Positions 1 to 8,609 of a stretch of 64,000 nucleotides of DNA are shown one piece after another (position 1 is the first letter of the stretch; each line of letters starts with the position of its first letter). The stretch lies in the sequence record OQ722176.1; one strand, written 5' to 3'. The position numbers and the translations under genes are program-made. Under the pieces are notes generated by a model. That model saw nothing but the letters and a program-made list of their open reading frames with translations. It was not told the origin of the DNA and did not search any database.

Positions 1-2046
1 ACCAAATGATTGCTGATCGGCACTATATGTACCTGTGATCTCTTGAGCAGACCACGCTACGTTACCCGTTCCATTCACTGACTTGCCGGTTTTACCAACT
101 GTCAACGTACGAGCAGTTGTCCACTTAGCTGCTTGTGTTGCAGTAGTTGCAGTAGATGCGTTACCGCTCAGTGCACCAACGAATGTCGGAGCTGTGATGT
201 TTACAGTAGCAGTGATAGCAGAACTTGCAATTGTTAGCTTTCGGTTTGTGCCGAAAATTCCACCAACGCCAATAGCAACATCGCCTGCCGCGTATGCGTT
301 ATGCAAATATACCGACCCGCGATTACCGATTAGACCGTAGTAATCGACTTTAACGTTGTCAGTAGACGGTTCAGTATTACCCGCAGTACCCGCAATTGTC
401 AATGACGAACTCATTGTATCGCCGGTTTTCTGAACGTAACCGCCACCTGCTATAGGCGCGAAACGAGCATCAGATTCAGCTTCGGTGTAGTATCGACCAT
501 CGTGAGTGTGCGAATCGTTCCCTACTGTAGCAGTCAATGTAACATTTGAGCTACCATTGATAGACACAGAACCAGTCACATCACCTGAAAGTGTTAACGT
601 ACGAGCAGTTGTCCATGTATCAGCATTTGGGTGGTAGTTGTCTGCAAATACTCGTTGAGAGTCGTTGACATACATGTTACCAGCAGCGTACGTATGACCC
701 TGACCATTAACCCAGAATGAACGTCTTGTGTACACGTGACCACTCGTGTCTGTACCTTCAGATGAAACAACGTTAAATGAGTCGTTTGAATCATTCGCTG
801 ATAGAACTACAGTCAAGTGACCGTTAGTAGGCGCATATAAGTTCAGTGAGTTGTCACTACCCGGGATTAAAGCAGTACCTGGGTTTGCTTCTCGCGTAAT
901 CTTGCCACCAACATCGAAAATAAGATCGTTTGCACCGATTGTCAAGTTACCGGTCATTGTATCGCCAGTCGAGTTTACAAATCGACCATCGGCTTCTGAC
1001 TCAGTGTAGTATCGACCATCGTGAGTGTGAGAATCATCAGCAACTACAGTTGTCAATGTAACGTTTGAGCTACCATCAATTGATACTGAGCCACTAACAT
1101 CACCTGAAAGCGTTAACGTACGAGCAGTTGTCCATTTGTCTGCATTCGGGTGATAATCTGTATGATACATATACACCCAATCTTCCCACACGTCGCTATA
1201 CTGAGTACGCATAGCAATCGTACCGACGTTGCCAGTCAGACCGTATGGGTATGCAATTTGAGTAGTATTCTCAGTAGACCCGTATGTGAAGTTTTGAAGA
1301 TACCAATAACCAGTAAATCCAGATGGACGATTTGTACCTTGTGATAGCTTATAGTATGTACCGCCACGAACAAGAGTATCCCAATCTACCGTAGTATCCA
1401 CACCCGCTGTAGTCGCGCCAGTTGCTTTATATTCGGGATATGCTGCATTGATACCAACTTCTGCAAATGTAGTATGATTCGGTAGAACAGCATTAATCGT
1501 TACGTTTGATGTACCGTCGATTGATACTGAGCCAGTCACTTCGCCTGCTAATGTCAACGTACGAGCAGTTGTCCATTTGTCTGCATTCGGGTGATAGTTA
1601 TCTGCAAAGATTCTCTGAGTTGTGTTGACGTAACCAATGCCGTTAATCACGACGTTGTTATTAGAACGAGAACCGTACATAACGACATTTTCAGCACCAG
1701 ACTCACGACGAATGATCTGCCATTGATTCACATTGCCTTCGTAATGATAGCGAACACCGTGATTACCATTATCTTCAGTCAAGTACAAACTTGCGTCTGT
1801 GTTTGCAGTACTGCTTAAATGAAGTTGAGCAGTTGCTTTAGCAATGACAAGGTCGCCAGTCATTGTATCGCCACCAAGTTTAACAACAGGTACGGTTAAA
1901 TCAGTATGCGGGTCTGGCTTGTCATTTTCTGTATAGAGTTTATAGCCGTTGTAAAGAACCGTTTCCCCTTGCGGATCAAAACGTAAATTACCTCCGTGCC
2001 ATACTATGTTACCGCCAATCGCGGTTGTTGAACGTAATTCTGCCAT
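1..2046 (-). CDS. gp36: Long tail fibre distal-type subunit with gp36-like N-terminus; 3' end lies beyond the left window edge
   Basis: Manual translation from ATG 2046 (MAELRSTTAIGGNIVWHGGNLRFDPQGETVLYNGYKLYTENDKP) resembles the T4 gp36 N-terminus; frame appears open to position 1; repeated YHPNADKWTTARTLTLSGDV modules. Absent from the ORF track because no stop is in the window. Confidence 0.8.
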   Translation of the reverse strand, partial: MAELRSTTAIGGNIVWHGGNLRFDPQGETVLYNGYKLYTENDKPDPHTDLTVPVVKLGGDTMTGDLVIAKATAQLHLSSTANTDASLYLTEDNGNHGVRYHYEGNVNQWQIIRRESGAENVVMYGSRSNNNVVINGIGYVNTTQRIFADNYHPNADKWTTARTLTLAGEVTGSVSIDGTSNVTINAVLPNHTTFAEVGINAAYPEYKATGATTAGVDTTVDWDTLVRGGTYYKLSQGTNRPSGFTGYWYLQNFTYGSTENTTQIAYPYGLTGNVGTIAMRTQYSDVWEDWVYMYHTDYHPNADKWTTARTLTLSGDVSGSVSIDGSSNVTLTTVVADDSHTHDGRYYTESEADGRFVNSTGDTMTGNLTIGANDLIFDVGGKITREANPGTALIPGSDNSLNLYAPTNGHLTVVLSANDSNDSFNVVSSEGTDTSGHVYTRRSFWVNGQGHTYAAGNMYVNDSQRVFADNYHPNADTWTTARTLTLSGDVTGSVSINGSSNVTLTATVGNDSHTHDGRYYTEAESDARFAPIAGGGYVQKTGDTMSSSLTIAGTAGNTEPSTDNVKVDYYGLIGNRGSVYLHNAYAAGDVAIGVGGIFGTNRKLTIASSAITATVNITAPTFVGALSGNASTATTATQAAKWTTARTLTVGKTGKSVNGTGNVAWSAQEITGTYSADQQSFG
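95..1610 (-). repeat. Intragenic repeats of the tail fibre gene
   Basis: AACGTACGAGCAGTTGTCCA recurs at ~104, ~596, ~1115, ~1556; GTGTAGTATCGACCATCGTGAGTGTG at ~486 and ~1004. Confidence 0.85.
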
Positions 2047-2096
2047 TAGTTTCATTCCATTTATTGAAATATTTCATATGACAGTATTTATGATAC

Positions 2097-2120
2097 AAAA
2101 AAGGCGCCACATGGGCGCCT
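2097..2120 (-). terminator. Intrinsic terminator
   Basis: AGGCGCC/GGCGCCT hairpin followed by U tract on minus strand. Confidence 0.7.
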
Positions 2121-2136
2121 GAAGATAATCAAATGA

Positions 2137-2442
2137 TTAACTGAATATTTCAACAAGAAATGACAACCCACCCGTCTCTATAAGACGTTGAATCGCAACA
2201 TCATTGTTTTCAAAAGTATTTGCGTATAGCTCAATGAAACACGCTTCACCGATATGCGGCAACGCACCTTCATAATTCCCTATAGACGCTCGACCGTTTT
2301 CAACACGAATATAATGCCCGTCGATACCACCTTTATAGAACAGATAGCTATCTCTATTGTGCCGAGTCACTTCATCTAGCGTCCATTTATTGGTAGAACG
2401 TTCGGTAATTCGTATCCAGTCTTCAAATTCGTCGCGTGTCAT
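2137..2442 (-). CDS. Hypothetical protein (101 aa)
   Basis: ORF track; SD-like GGAGA upstream. Confidence 0.7.
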   Translation of the reverse strand: MTRDEFEDWIRITERSTNKWTLDEVTRHNRDSYLFYKGGIDGHYIRVENGRASIGNYEGALPHIGEACFIELYANTFENNDVAIQRLIETGGLSFLVEIFS

Positions 2443-2497
2443 AATATGTTCTCCATTAGATTTACAAGAAGTATATCAGACAGAGAACATATTGCAA

Positions 2498-3016
2498 CTA
2501 TTTTCTGCGATTTGCTTTATTAGCTTTTCGCTTCGCTCTTCGCAGTTCTTTTCGTTTTGCTATTTTATCAGCACGTCTCACCGCGTCATAATCCGCTGCA
2601 CAAGACGCTGCGAACGCATCAGGCTTGAATACGGGCTCTTGACCCACATATCCCAAGATAGTCCCTTTAGCTTCGTTATACGCAATGTGAGAACGATGTG
2701 ACGGGTCAGGGTTGATGTCAACGTGAACTTCAAACCCGCGAGGGCCACACATTGGTTTGACTCGTAATGCAGTCTCACCAGCTTTGTATACTTCATTCAT
2801 CAAACGACTTCGAATACCGTCTTTGCAAGACATATAAGCAGGTTCTGTTTCGATAGTTTTGAATACTTGAGCGCCTTTACTACCCTCAAGGTGAATGATG
2901 ATTACAGTAGCGTAACTGATCATATCACTCTTACGCTTGCTATCACACCCGACATAGATCGTACTATTCGGGTGACTGTTATTGATAGCTGTTTCTATTG
3001 CTTCCCAATCGAACAT
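2498..3016 (-). CDS. YkuK/DUF458-like RNase H-fold protein
   Basis: IYVGCDS...YATVIIIH...RLMNEV...EVHVDIN...KPDAFAASCAAD motifs; start moved to ATG 3016 after GAGGTG SD. Confidence 0.75.
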   Translation of the reverse strand: MFDWEAIETAINNSHPNSTIYVGCDSKRKSDMISYATVIIIHLEGSKGAQVFKTIETEPAYMSCKDGIRSRLMNEVYKAGETALRVKPMCGPRGFEVHVDINPDPSHRSHIAYNEAKGTILGYVGQEPVFKPDAFAASCAADYDAVRRADKIAKRKELRRAKRKANKANRRK

Positions 3017-3032
3017 TGTCACCTCTGCAAAC

Positions 3033-3058
3033 AAAAAGGGCAGCATAATTGCCGCCCT
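3033..3058 (-). terminator. Intrinsic terminator after the vWA gene
   Basis: AGGGCGGCA/TGCTGCCCT hairpin + TTTT. Confidence 0.65.
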
Positions 3059-3065
3059 CGCTTAT

Positions 3066-4502
3066 TTAAAAGCTGTAGCGATCAACGCATACAGTTTTCA
3101 GCATGATCTTGACCGGCTCAAGTTCACCACCCAACAATGAAGTCAAGATTGATGGACTACAACCTGAAACCAACGCTGTACCCGCTTCGCCTGACTTAAC
3201 AGGAACGTTACCGATACGACCACGAATGTTCCAGAACACTAGTTGAGGCATTTCATAGCCTGCACGTGCGTACATGCCTTTGATTGCTTCGAAATTAGTA
3301 ATTTCGCCGCGACCATACCAACCACCACCGCGATTTGCTTCGTCGAATTCCATGTCGCTCATGATAAGCAACTTAGTTGGCATTTCTTCTTGTGAAAGTT
3401 TTGCCTTCTTCGCACGTTCTAGTAGAACGCTGAAACACTTGGTGATGTTAGTGCTCATGTCTTCGCCAGAGCGATTCATGTTGTCAAGACGCTCTTTCAG
3501 TGAGCTACCGCGCAACTGGTGGAAGTGCGGATCACTTGAGAACGAAATGAACTGGTCTTTGAAGATGCCTTCGTTACGTTCAGCAACGTAGATGCCTAGA
3601 GACATTGCAACTTGCTTACAAGAAACGCTTGAACGATCAGTACCTGCGTTGATCGGCGTGCTCATAGAGCCAGACACGTCTACAACAGGGATGATGCGCT
3701 CATCAGAACCTTCCATGTAGTTCGGTAGAGCTTTCCATTGCTCATTCGCTACAGATGCGTTACCGTGACTAACGCTTTTAACAACATCGTATGGGAACAA
3801 TGCAGCAGCGTTGATCTTCGCTTCACCTTTTTGAAGTGATTCGATGTAGCTTGTGTAACGTGTCGAAGCGTTACGACCGAATGCTTGTTGATAACGAGCA
3901 GACGCTACAGAAGGCAACTTACCGAAGTCGATTGCATCCCATTCTTGAGCACACATCTTTTGTTCAACGGTGTCAGACAAAAGAGCAAGAATCTTACGCC
4001 ACTGCTTCGCAGTCACACCAAGAGACTTGATTGTGCGCTTGAACACATGACCGTTTTTGCTGTTTTCACGTGGGAACCACTTCGCAGCAAGACCGTTTTT
4101 GTCATTGACAATTGCGTTTGACCACATAGTGATCGCGTCTTTTTCAAGTTTAGTACCGAATGCAACAATCAAGTCATCGAAACGACCTAATTCTGGTACT
4201 TTTGACATTACAGCACGAGCAACGTCTGGCTGTTCATTACAAAGTTTAGCGAACAAAGTACGGAAAGTACCACGTTCACCCGCGCCACCGCGAACGTCAC
4301 GAGACCATAGCAAGATGCGAGTCGCTAGTTCTGGGTTTTCTGCAAACGCACGACCGAACAGAGTTTTAGACTGATCGTTGCCACGCATAGCAGCAATACC
4401 GAAGAACAAGTTTAGACACTCGTTACCTGAAGTGCTGTGAGTAAGTGCACCGTTTGCTGTACGTGAATCGTTTGATTGCATAGCGTTCATAAATGCTGAC
4501 AT
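3066..4502 (-). CDS. DUF2828-like helical + vWA protein (Ro60/TROVE-like architecture)
   Basis: RDVRGGAGER and AAKWFPRE motifs, C-terminal vWA with MIDAS DVSGSM...T...SDMEFD; start moved to ATG 4502 after GAGGA SD. Confidence 0.75.
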   Translation of the reverse strand: MSAFMNAMQSNDSRTANGALTHSTSGNECLNLFFGIAAMRGNDQSKTLFGRAFAENPELATRILLWSRDVRGGAGERGTFRTLFAKLCNEQPDVARAVMSKVPELGRFDDLIVAFGTKLEKDAITMWSNAIVNDKNGLAAKWFPRENSKNGHVFKRTIKSLGVTAKQWRKILALLSDTVEQKMCAQEWDAIDFGKLPSVASARYQQAFGRNASTRYTSYIESLQKGEAKINAAALFPYDVVKSVSHGNASVANEQWKALPNYMEGSDERIIPVVDVSGSMSTPINAGTDRSSVSCKQVAMSLGIYVAERNEGIFKDQFISFSSDPHFHQLRGSSLKERLDNMNRSGEDMSTNITKCFSVLLERAKKAKLSQEEMPTKLLIMSDMEFDEANRGGGWYGRGEITNFEAIKGMYARAGYEMPQLVFWNIRGRIGNVPVKSGEAGTALVSGCSPSILTSLLGGELEPVKIMLKTVCVDRYSF

Positions 4503-4538
4503 TGTTGATTTCCTCATATTAAATTGCTGTATAATGTC
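4498..4538 (-). promoter_or_regulatory. Leader hairpin with UACAGCAA motif, occluding SD/AUG of the vWA gene
   Basis: GACAUU-A-UACAGCAA-UUUAAUAUGAGGAAAUCAAC-AAUGUC; the 3' stem strand contains the AUG. Confidence 0.65.
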
Positions 4539-4552
4539 GTTTTGATGTGATG

Positions 4553-4590
4553 ATTATACACGGATTTTAACCCGTGTAAACACTTTTTTG
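4553..4590 (-). promoter_or_regulatory. T4-type early (sigma70) promoter
   Basis: A-tract, GTTTAC-17-TATAAT. Confidence 0.75.
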
Positions 4591-4593
4591 AAT

Positions 4594-4911
4594 TTATTTG
4601 TAATTGTGATGTCGAGTCAAGTTAGTACCATTCTCGTAAATCTCAACAAGTACGCTGCCGCCTGTTTCGTATGATGTCCGAAGTGAACGATAACCATGCT
4701 CTTCGAAGAATGAACGGATGATAGTCGCACCACGCTTGTCTTTGTCGGCTGCGTGAATCTTCACCTTGATCTTAATCGGAAAGTTAGATTCTGATTCGAC
4801 AGCGTGCATAAACTCTTTTTCACATTCTTTGGTGTAATGCTCGGATAGAGTACGTTTTAGTTCAGCTTCGCGCTCTTGAATTTGAACGCGCAATTCATTG
4901 TGGTTAATCAT
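4594..4911 (-). CDS. Hypothetical protein (105 aa)
   Basis: ORF track; overlaps next ORF by 4 nt. Confidence 0.7.
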   Translation of the reverse strand: MINHNELRVQIQEREAELKRTLSEHYTKECEKEFMHAVESESNFPIKIKVKIHAADKDKRGATIIRSFFEEHGYRSLRTSYETGGSVLVEIYENGTNLTRHHNYK

Positions 4912-5246
4912 GACTGAAACCCCGCTTTTGTGTTTTCTCGAATTGTGATTTTCACATACGAGTATGAGTAGTCGCGCATATCACGCGGATCGCCATTGTA
5001 ATGACCAAATTGCGAGTCGAAGTTATGAAACCCTTCTTTCTTCAGAACTTCGCGTATTAGAGTCATCATTTCATCACAGCATTCATTGCGTTGCAATTGA
5101 ACTTGAATGCTAATAGGGAAAGAAAATCCCTGAACGCCGCCAATTTTTCGTTCTATTGCTTTACGCAGTTCAACAACAAACATTTCTTCGCGAGTTGAAC
5201 GATTCTGTGCGACTTTACTAACTAATGTATCGTATAACTTGGTCAT
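4908..5246 (-). CDS. Hypothetical protein (112 aa)
   Basis: ORF track; coupled overlaps at both ends. Confidence 0.7.
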   Translation of the reverse strand: MTKLYDTLVSKVAQNRSTREEMFVVELRKAIERKIGGVQGFSFPISIQVQLQRNECCDEMMTLIREVLKKEGFHNFDSQFGHYNGDPRDMRDYSYSYVKITIRENTKAGFQS

Positions 5247-5611
5247 ACATAATCCTTAATCGAATTGTCAAAGTGGCGAATACATGAACTGTCAAGGCGC
5301 AAGCGACCATCACCATCATTATCAGGCAATGTATAGTTATCGTTAAACGGTTGACCGCATTCTTTCGCAATCTCGTATGCGTCTGCACGATTGAAATATT
5401 CACCGCAGTAGTTAATAAATCCCTGACCGCGATCACCTAGTTCATATCGGTGCTCAATAGTACCACCAAGTTCTTTGATGACCTTGAATACTGATTGCAT
5501 GTTACGACCGAAGTGACAGCTATCGGCAACAACGACTTCACGCACTTCTCCATTAGGTAGCGTTACGCGAATTGCATTTGCAGCAGAAGAGATCACATTT
5601 ACGTGCGACAT
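5243..5611 (-). CDS. Hypothetical phage protein (122 aa)
   Basis: ORF track; operon context. Confidence 0.7.
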   Translation of the reverse strand: MSHVNVISSAANAIRVTLPNGEVREVVVADSCHFGRNMQSVFKVIKELGGTIEHRYELGDRGQGFINYCGEYFNRADAYEIAKECGQPFNDNYTLPDNDGDGRLRLDSSCIRHFDNSIKDYV

Positions 5612-5961
5612 GTATCATACCTCATGAAAATCGAACCAACCTGCTTGTACTTCTGCGTTTGATTTAGCATCATACACATTTTAAATCGAGCAGATGGGTT
5701 GTTGGTGACTATAACAACAGTCTTAGGGAAATTGCTATGGTCGATTGCATGTGAGAGAATGTCATACCCCTCACGACCTACGACATCACCTAAGTCATTA
5801 TCCATGAATAGCGTAATGTCGGTTAAATTAGTGTGCTTGACGAATGTCATGCCTTCTTCAAATGTGCGCAACGTCATCTTTTCATCATCACGAACAGTTT
5901 CATTCGTGAAGTTGTTAATGTCGCGCTCATCATCAATCATAATGTACATAATAATTCTCAT
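5599..5961 (-). CDS. Stand-alone receiver-like protein, cyclic-phosphate-processing REC (cREC) type
   Basis: IDDER...MDNDLGD...GYD...TNNP pattern. Confidence 0.55.
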   Translation of the reverse strand: MRIIMYIMIDDERDINNFTNETVRDDEKMTLRTFEEGMTFVKHTNLTDITLFMDNDLGDVVGREGYDILSHAIDHSNFPKTVVIVTNNPSARFKMCMMLNQTQKYKQVGSIFMRYDTCRT

Positions 5962-6011
5962 TAGTTCGGACTGATAAATACAGAATACAGGATTATCAAG
6001 TGGAAGTCAAC

Positions 6012-6383
6012 ATGTTAGACGAAAAAATTATTTCTTTTGATGAATATCTAAATGAAGGGTGGTTTGAAAGGCAATGGGCGAGATATAAAGCAGGCGAAGA
6101 CACTCGCAGTATCAAGCGACTTGCTAAAATGCATACCAAGCTTCTGCACATTGAACAGAAAGCCAAGCAAAACAAGTACCGTTATGAAGTCGTGAGATAC
6201 AATTTCGAGCACATCAAAATGAATGTTCTCGACGCGAAACGCTTGATTCACAAGCTGCGTTATAAGAAAGGTATCAGCGAAGAGCTAGTTCAGGCAATGG
6301 ATAAACTAGATCTAGAGCTTGATAGACTCAACGACTTTGCCGTTGAAGGTCTGCATGATCTAATGATCAGACAGAAGTTATAA
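6012..6383 (+). CDS. Basic protein with capsid-targeting-like N-terminus (putative internal head protein)
   Basis: ISFDEYLNE then K/R-rich; ATAAATA late-promoter-like motif at ~5974; ATG 6012. Confidence 0.6.
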   Translation: MLDEKIISFDEYLNEGWFERQWARYKAGEDTRSIKRLAKMHTKLLHIEQKAKQNKYRYEVVRYNFEHIKMNVLDAKRLIHKLRYKKGISEELVQAMDKLDLELDRLNDFAVEGLHDLMIRQKL

Positions 6384-6386
6384 AAG

Positions 6387-6411
6387 AAAAGCCCCATTTA
6401 GGGGCTTTTTT
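6387..6411. terminator. Bidirectional intrinsic terminator
   Basis: AAAAGCCCC-ATTTA-GGGGCTTTTTT between convergent ORFs. Confidence 0.8.
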
Positions 6412-6412
6412 G

Positions 6413-6625
6413 TTAGTGTGAATGGCGTAACTTGTGTTCGATCATTCGATCTACAATCGTGGAGTACATAAGATGCTCTTTGTAATATTTCTCATCAACT
6501 CGGGTGCATTGAAATTGTCGAAAATCTTTGCGCAGACGTGCAATAAATTTATTAAGTGCTTTGCGTACTTTGCAAACTTCAGATAGTTCCATGCTTTTTA
6601 GTGTGGCTTCAGAAAGAATTTCCAT
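6413..6625 (-). CDS. Hypothetical protein (70 aa)
   Basis: ORF track; GAGGTG SD. Confidence 0.6.
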   Translation of the reverse strand: MEILSEATLKSMELSEVCKVRKALNKFIARLRKDFRQFQCTRVDEKYYKEHLMYSTIVDRMIEHKLRHSH

Positions 6626-6654
6626 GATTGTTCACCTCTTAGTTAATAGAATAC

Positions 6655-6699
6655 GGGAGACACGGGAATCGAACCCATTGCCTTGACCACATATCTCCC
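6655..6699 (-). ncRNA. tRNA minihelix-like element (acceptor stem + T arm only)
   Basis: GGGAGAU/GUCUCCC stem, 14-nt linker, AUGGG-UUCGAUU-CCCGU T arm. Confidence 0.5.
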
Positions 6700-6724
6700 A
6701 CCGAGAAGTTACGCCAATCTGAGG

Positions 6725-6952
6725 TTAGTGTGCTAGACTCATCAAACGGCGCATACGTTCGCGTTCTGTCAGTTCATCTAAATTTTCCGTCTTCACCTCT
6801 TTGATCTCTTCTTTCGGTTCTTCAACTGCTTCGTCTTTTTTACGAGCGTCGGGACCGATGTTTTTCCAAAGCGGACTATTGCGCCAGTTATCGTTAAAAC
6901 CGTTGCCTAGACCACGACCTTCGCGTGCGTGCGATTTACTGTGAATGCTCAT
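6725..6952 (-). CDS. Hypothetical protein (75 aa)
   Basis: ORF track; TAATG overlap with upstream ORF. Confidence 0.65.
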   Translation of the reverse strand: MSIHSKSHAREGRGLGNGFNDNWRNSPLWKNIGPDARKKDEAVEEPKEEIKEVKTENLDELTERERMRRLMSLAH

Positions 6953-7155
6953 TATTCGTTAGATTTCTTTGTTACTTGTCTTACTACACCAGCCGCTGCT
7001 ACAGCACCTGCAACTTTAGCGCCTGTCTTTGCTGCTTTACCAGCTTTCTTTGCCCCAGACTTTACACGGTCTTTAATGGAACGTTTTTTCTTCTTGTCTT
7101 CAGGACGAGATTCTTCTAATTCTGACATGAATTTGTCAAAGGTTTTATCACTCAT
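6952..7155 (-). CDS. Small Lys/Ala-rich basic protein, putative internal head protein
   Basis: KTFDKFMSELEE then KKKKR...KKAGKAAK; TAAATA core upstream (7186-7191). Confidence 0.6.
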   Translation of the reverse strand: MSDKTFDKFMSELEESRPEDKKKKRSIKDRVKSGAKKAGKAAKTGAKVAGAVAAAGVVRQVTKKSNE

Positions 7156-7188
7156 GACCTATCTCCAATTGTTTGAGTTCAACTGTAT

Positions 7189-7566
7189 TTAGAATAGCCT
7201 AGAGTAAGTTATTGCCAATCCGATTTCTTTATTGAATGCGCATTGTTCATTCCCGTATAGAACATCGTCTAAACTGAATCTCTTACGTCTACCACTCATG
7301 TTCATATAACGCCCTAGAGCGTCTTGTGAGACGAATTCAAGTCTTTCGCACATAGTATGCGGGTCATCAGTTTGAGAATGGTCTACGACGGTTCTGTAAA
7401 GAAATAGACCCCGTATGATGAATGCTGTCAGCTTATTGTTAATCTTGACGCTGTTATTGTTCAAATGCTCGTATTGGCTCATTTGAAAGAATATATCAGC
7501 ATCAGGCATTCTAGCTATACGTTTCATCTTATAAATTGAAACTCGTTTTGTATTACTAACCAACAT
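7189..7566 (-). CDS. Hypothetical protein (125 aa)
   Basis: ORF track; GGAGA SD. Confidence 0.65.
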   Translation of the reverse strand: MLVSNTKRVSIYKMKRIARMPDADIFFQMSQYEHLNNNSVKINNKLTAFIIRGLFLYRTVVDHSQTDDPHTMCERLEFVSQDALGRYMNMSGRRKRFSLDDVLYGNEQCAFNKEIGLAITYSRLF

Positions 7567-7618
7567 GTGTTCTCCCGTTGTTTATTCTCAGATTACACGA
7601 TTTGTTAAACGCCATAAA

Positions 7619-7643
7619 CAAAAAAACCTGCTCAAGGCAGGTT
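7619..7643 (-). terminator. Terminator at the 3' end of the tRNA/ncRNA cluster
   Basis: AACCTGC/GCAGGTT hairpin + T tract. Confidence 0.75.
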
Positions 7644-7659
7644 CTAATGTGCAATTAAC

Positions 7660-7907
7660 AGACATTCGAGAAGTGTTTTTTTCGTCTTTCCTCAAATCTC
7701 AATTGACTATCTCGATGTTTCTCACCGAGAAAATACTCATGATTCAGCATGAGACCTATTTCGTTTGACAGTACGAACACCGTCTTAATGGTCATTTCCT
7801 ACCACGAGAATGCGACAGGCTCACGTCATAACTGAGAAAGCAGCTAGTGCGCCTCATTACTATTAAAGTTTGCTTCTTTGATTAGTAATAGTTGCTGTAC
7901 AATGTCT
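7660..7907 (-). ncRNA. ~250-nt structured RNA, copy A (UACAGCAA family)
   Basis: Closed by AGACAUU/AAUGUCU; shares covarying hairpins and blocks with 10333-10544. Confidence 0.65.
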
Positions 7908-7918
7908 TATTGCGAATT

Positions 7919-8007
7919 TGGCGGAGATACTGGGAATCGAACCCAGAGAACGCTATTAACGTCCGACACCTTAGCAGGGTGCTGTCATACCTTTAGACCA
8001 TATCTCC
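7919..8007 (-). tRNA. trnS: tRNA-Ser(GCT)
   Basis: Cloverleaf, long variable arm, CCA. Confidence 0.9.
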
Positions 8008-8012
8008 AGTTA

Positions 8013-8189
8013 TTACTTACCGCGCTCTGCTTTGCTAATTTCAACAGCCGCGATTTGTGCGTTTGCTTCTTTCTCAGTATCATGTGTACCAAGTACACGA
8101 CCTTTAGATGAAAGAGCAACCCACTTGTCACCACGCTTCTCAACTTTCTCAGTCAAGTCGTGATATTCATCAAACGTTTTTAATTTCAT
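8013..8189 (-). CDS. 58-aa protein, putative internal head protein
   Basis: Manual translation MKLKTFDEYHDLTEKVEKRGDKWVALSSKGRVLGTHDTEKEANAQIAAVEISKAERGK; below ORF-track cutoff; TATAAATA upstream. Confidence 0.7.
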   Translation of the reverse strand: MKLKTFDEYHDLTEKVEKRGDKWVALSSKGRVLGTHDTEKEANAQIAAVEISKAERGK

Positions 8190-8214
8190 GTCTCATCCCT
8201 CAGTTAGTTTATAT

Positions 8215-8222
8215 TATTTATA
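8215..8222 (-). promoter_or_regulatory. T4-type late promoter
   Basis: TATAAATA. Confidence 0.7.
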
Positions 8223-8224
8223 AC

Positions 8225-8442
8225 TGAGCGACTTTTAATCGGTGGCATGCTGCTCTCATGCTCAGACACATATTTGCTCTTATTGCCAGCGTGTGCCACG
8301 CGCTTCGCAGATCCCATTTGATAATTTAACGACCCACGGGACTCTTAGCAGGTCTTACACATAGCCTTTCAGCTATATCTTCTTTTAAGACCATAGTGTC
8401 GTACGGTCTAATCACTCTCTTTCGATTCGCGTTGCTAAGTGA
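8225..8442 (-). ncRNA. Candidate structured RNA (element X)
   Basis: Non-coding, several hairpins (AGACCGUA/UAUGGUCU; AUAGC-UGAAAG-GCUAU). Confidence 0.35.
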
Positions 8443-8445
8443 ATT

Positions 8446-8522
8446 TGGTGCCCAACCCGAGATTCGAACTCGGATCATCTAGTGTTTGAAACTAGCGCCT
8501 CTGCCAATTGGACTAGTTGGGC
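8446..8522 (-). tRNA. trnL: tRNA-Leu(CAA), short variable arm
   Basis: Cloverleaf, 77 nt, CCA. Confidence 0.85.
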
Positions 8523-8528
8523 GAAATA

Positions 8529-8605
8529 TGGTACGCATGGGCGGATTCGAACCGCCATCCCTGAGAATTTAAACCTCATGCCTCTGCCTATTGGACCACA
8601 TGCGC
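8529..8605 (-). tRNA. trnL: tRNA-Leu(TAA), short variable arm
   Basis: Cloverleaf, 77 nt, CCA. Confidence 0.85.
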
Positions 8606-8609
8606 ATTA

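Noticed and set aside
1-2046. DGR template/variable repeat in the fibre gene
   Set aside because: Differences between repeats are not adenine-specific and no reverse transcriptase is in the window
7660-7720. UAGUC...AAAGACGAAAAAAAC in the long RNAs resembles the tmRNA resume region (GCA AAC GAC GAA AAC)
   Set aside because: No tRNA-Ala-like domain with G3:U70, the A-run length differs between copies (frame not conserved), and no conserved tag
8410-8440. UCACU-UAGCAA...AGUGA at the start of element X
   Set aside because: Lacks the CA core and has a short stem; not counted as a motif member
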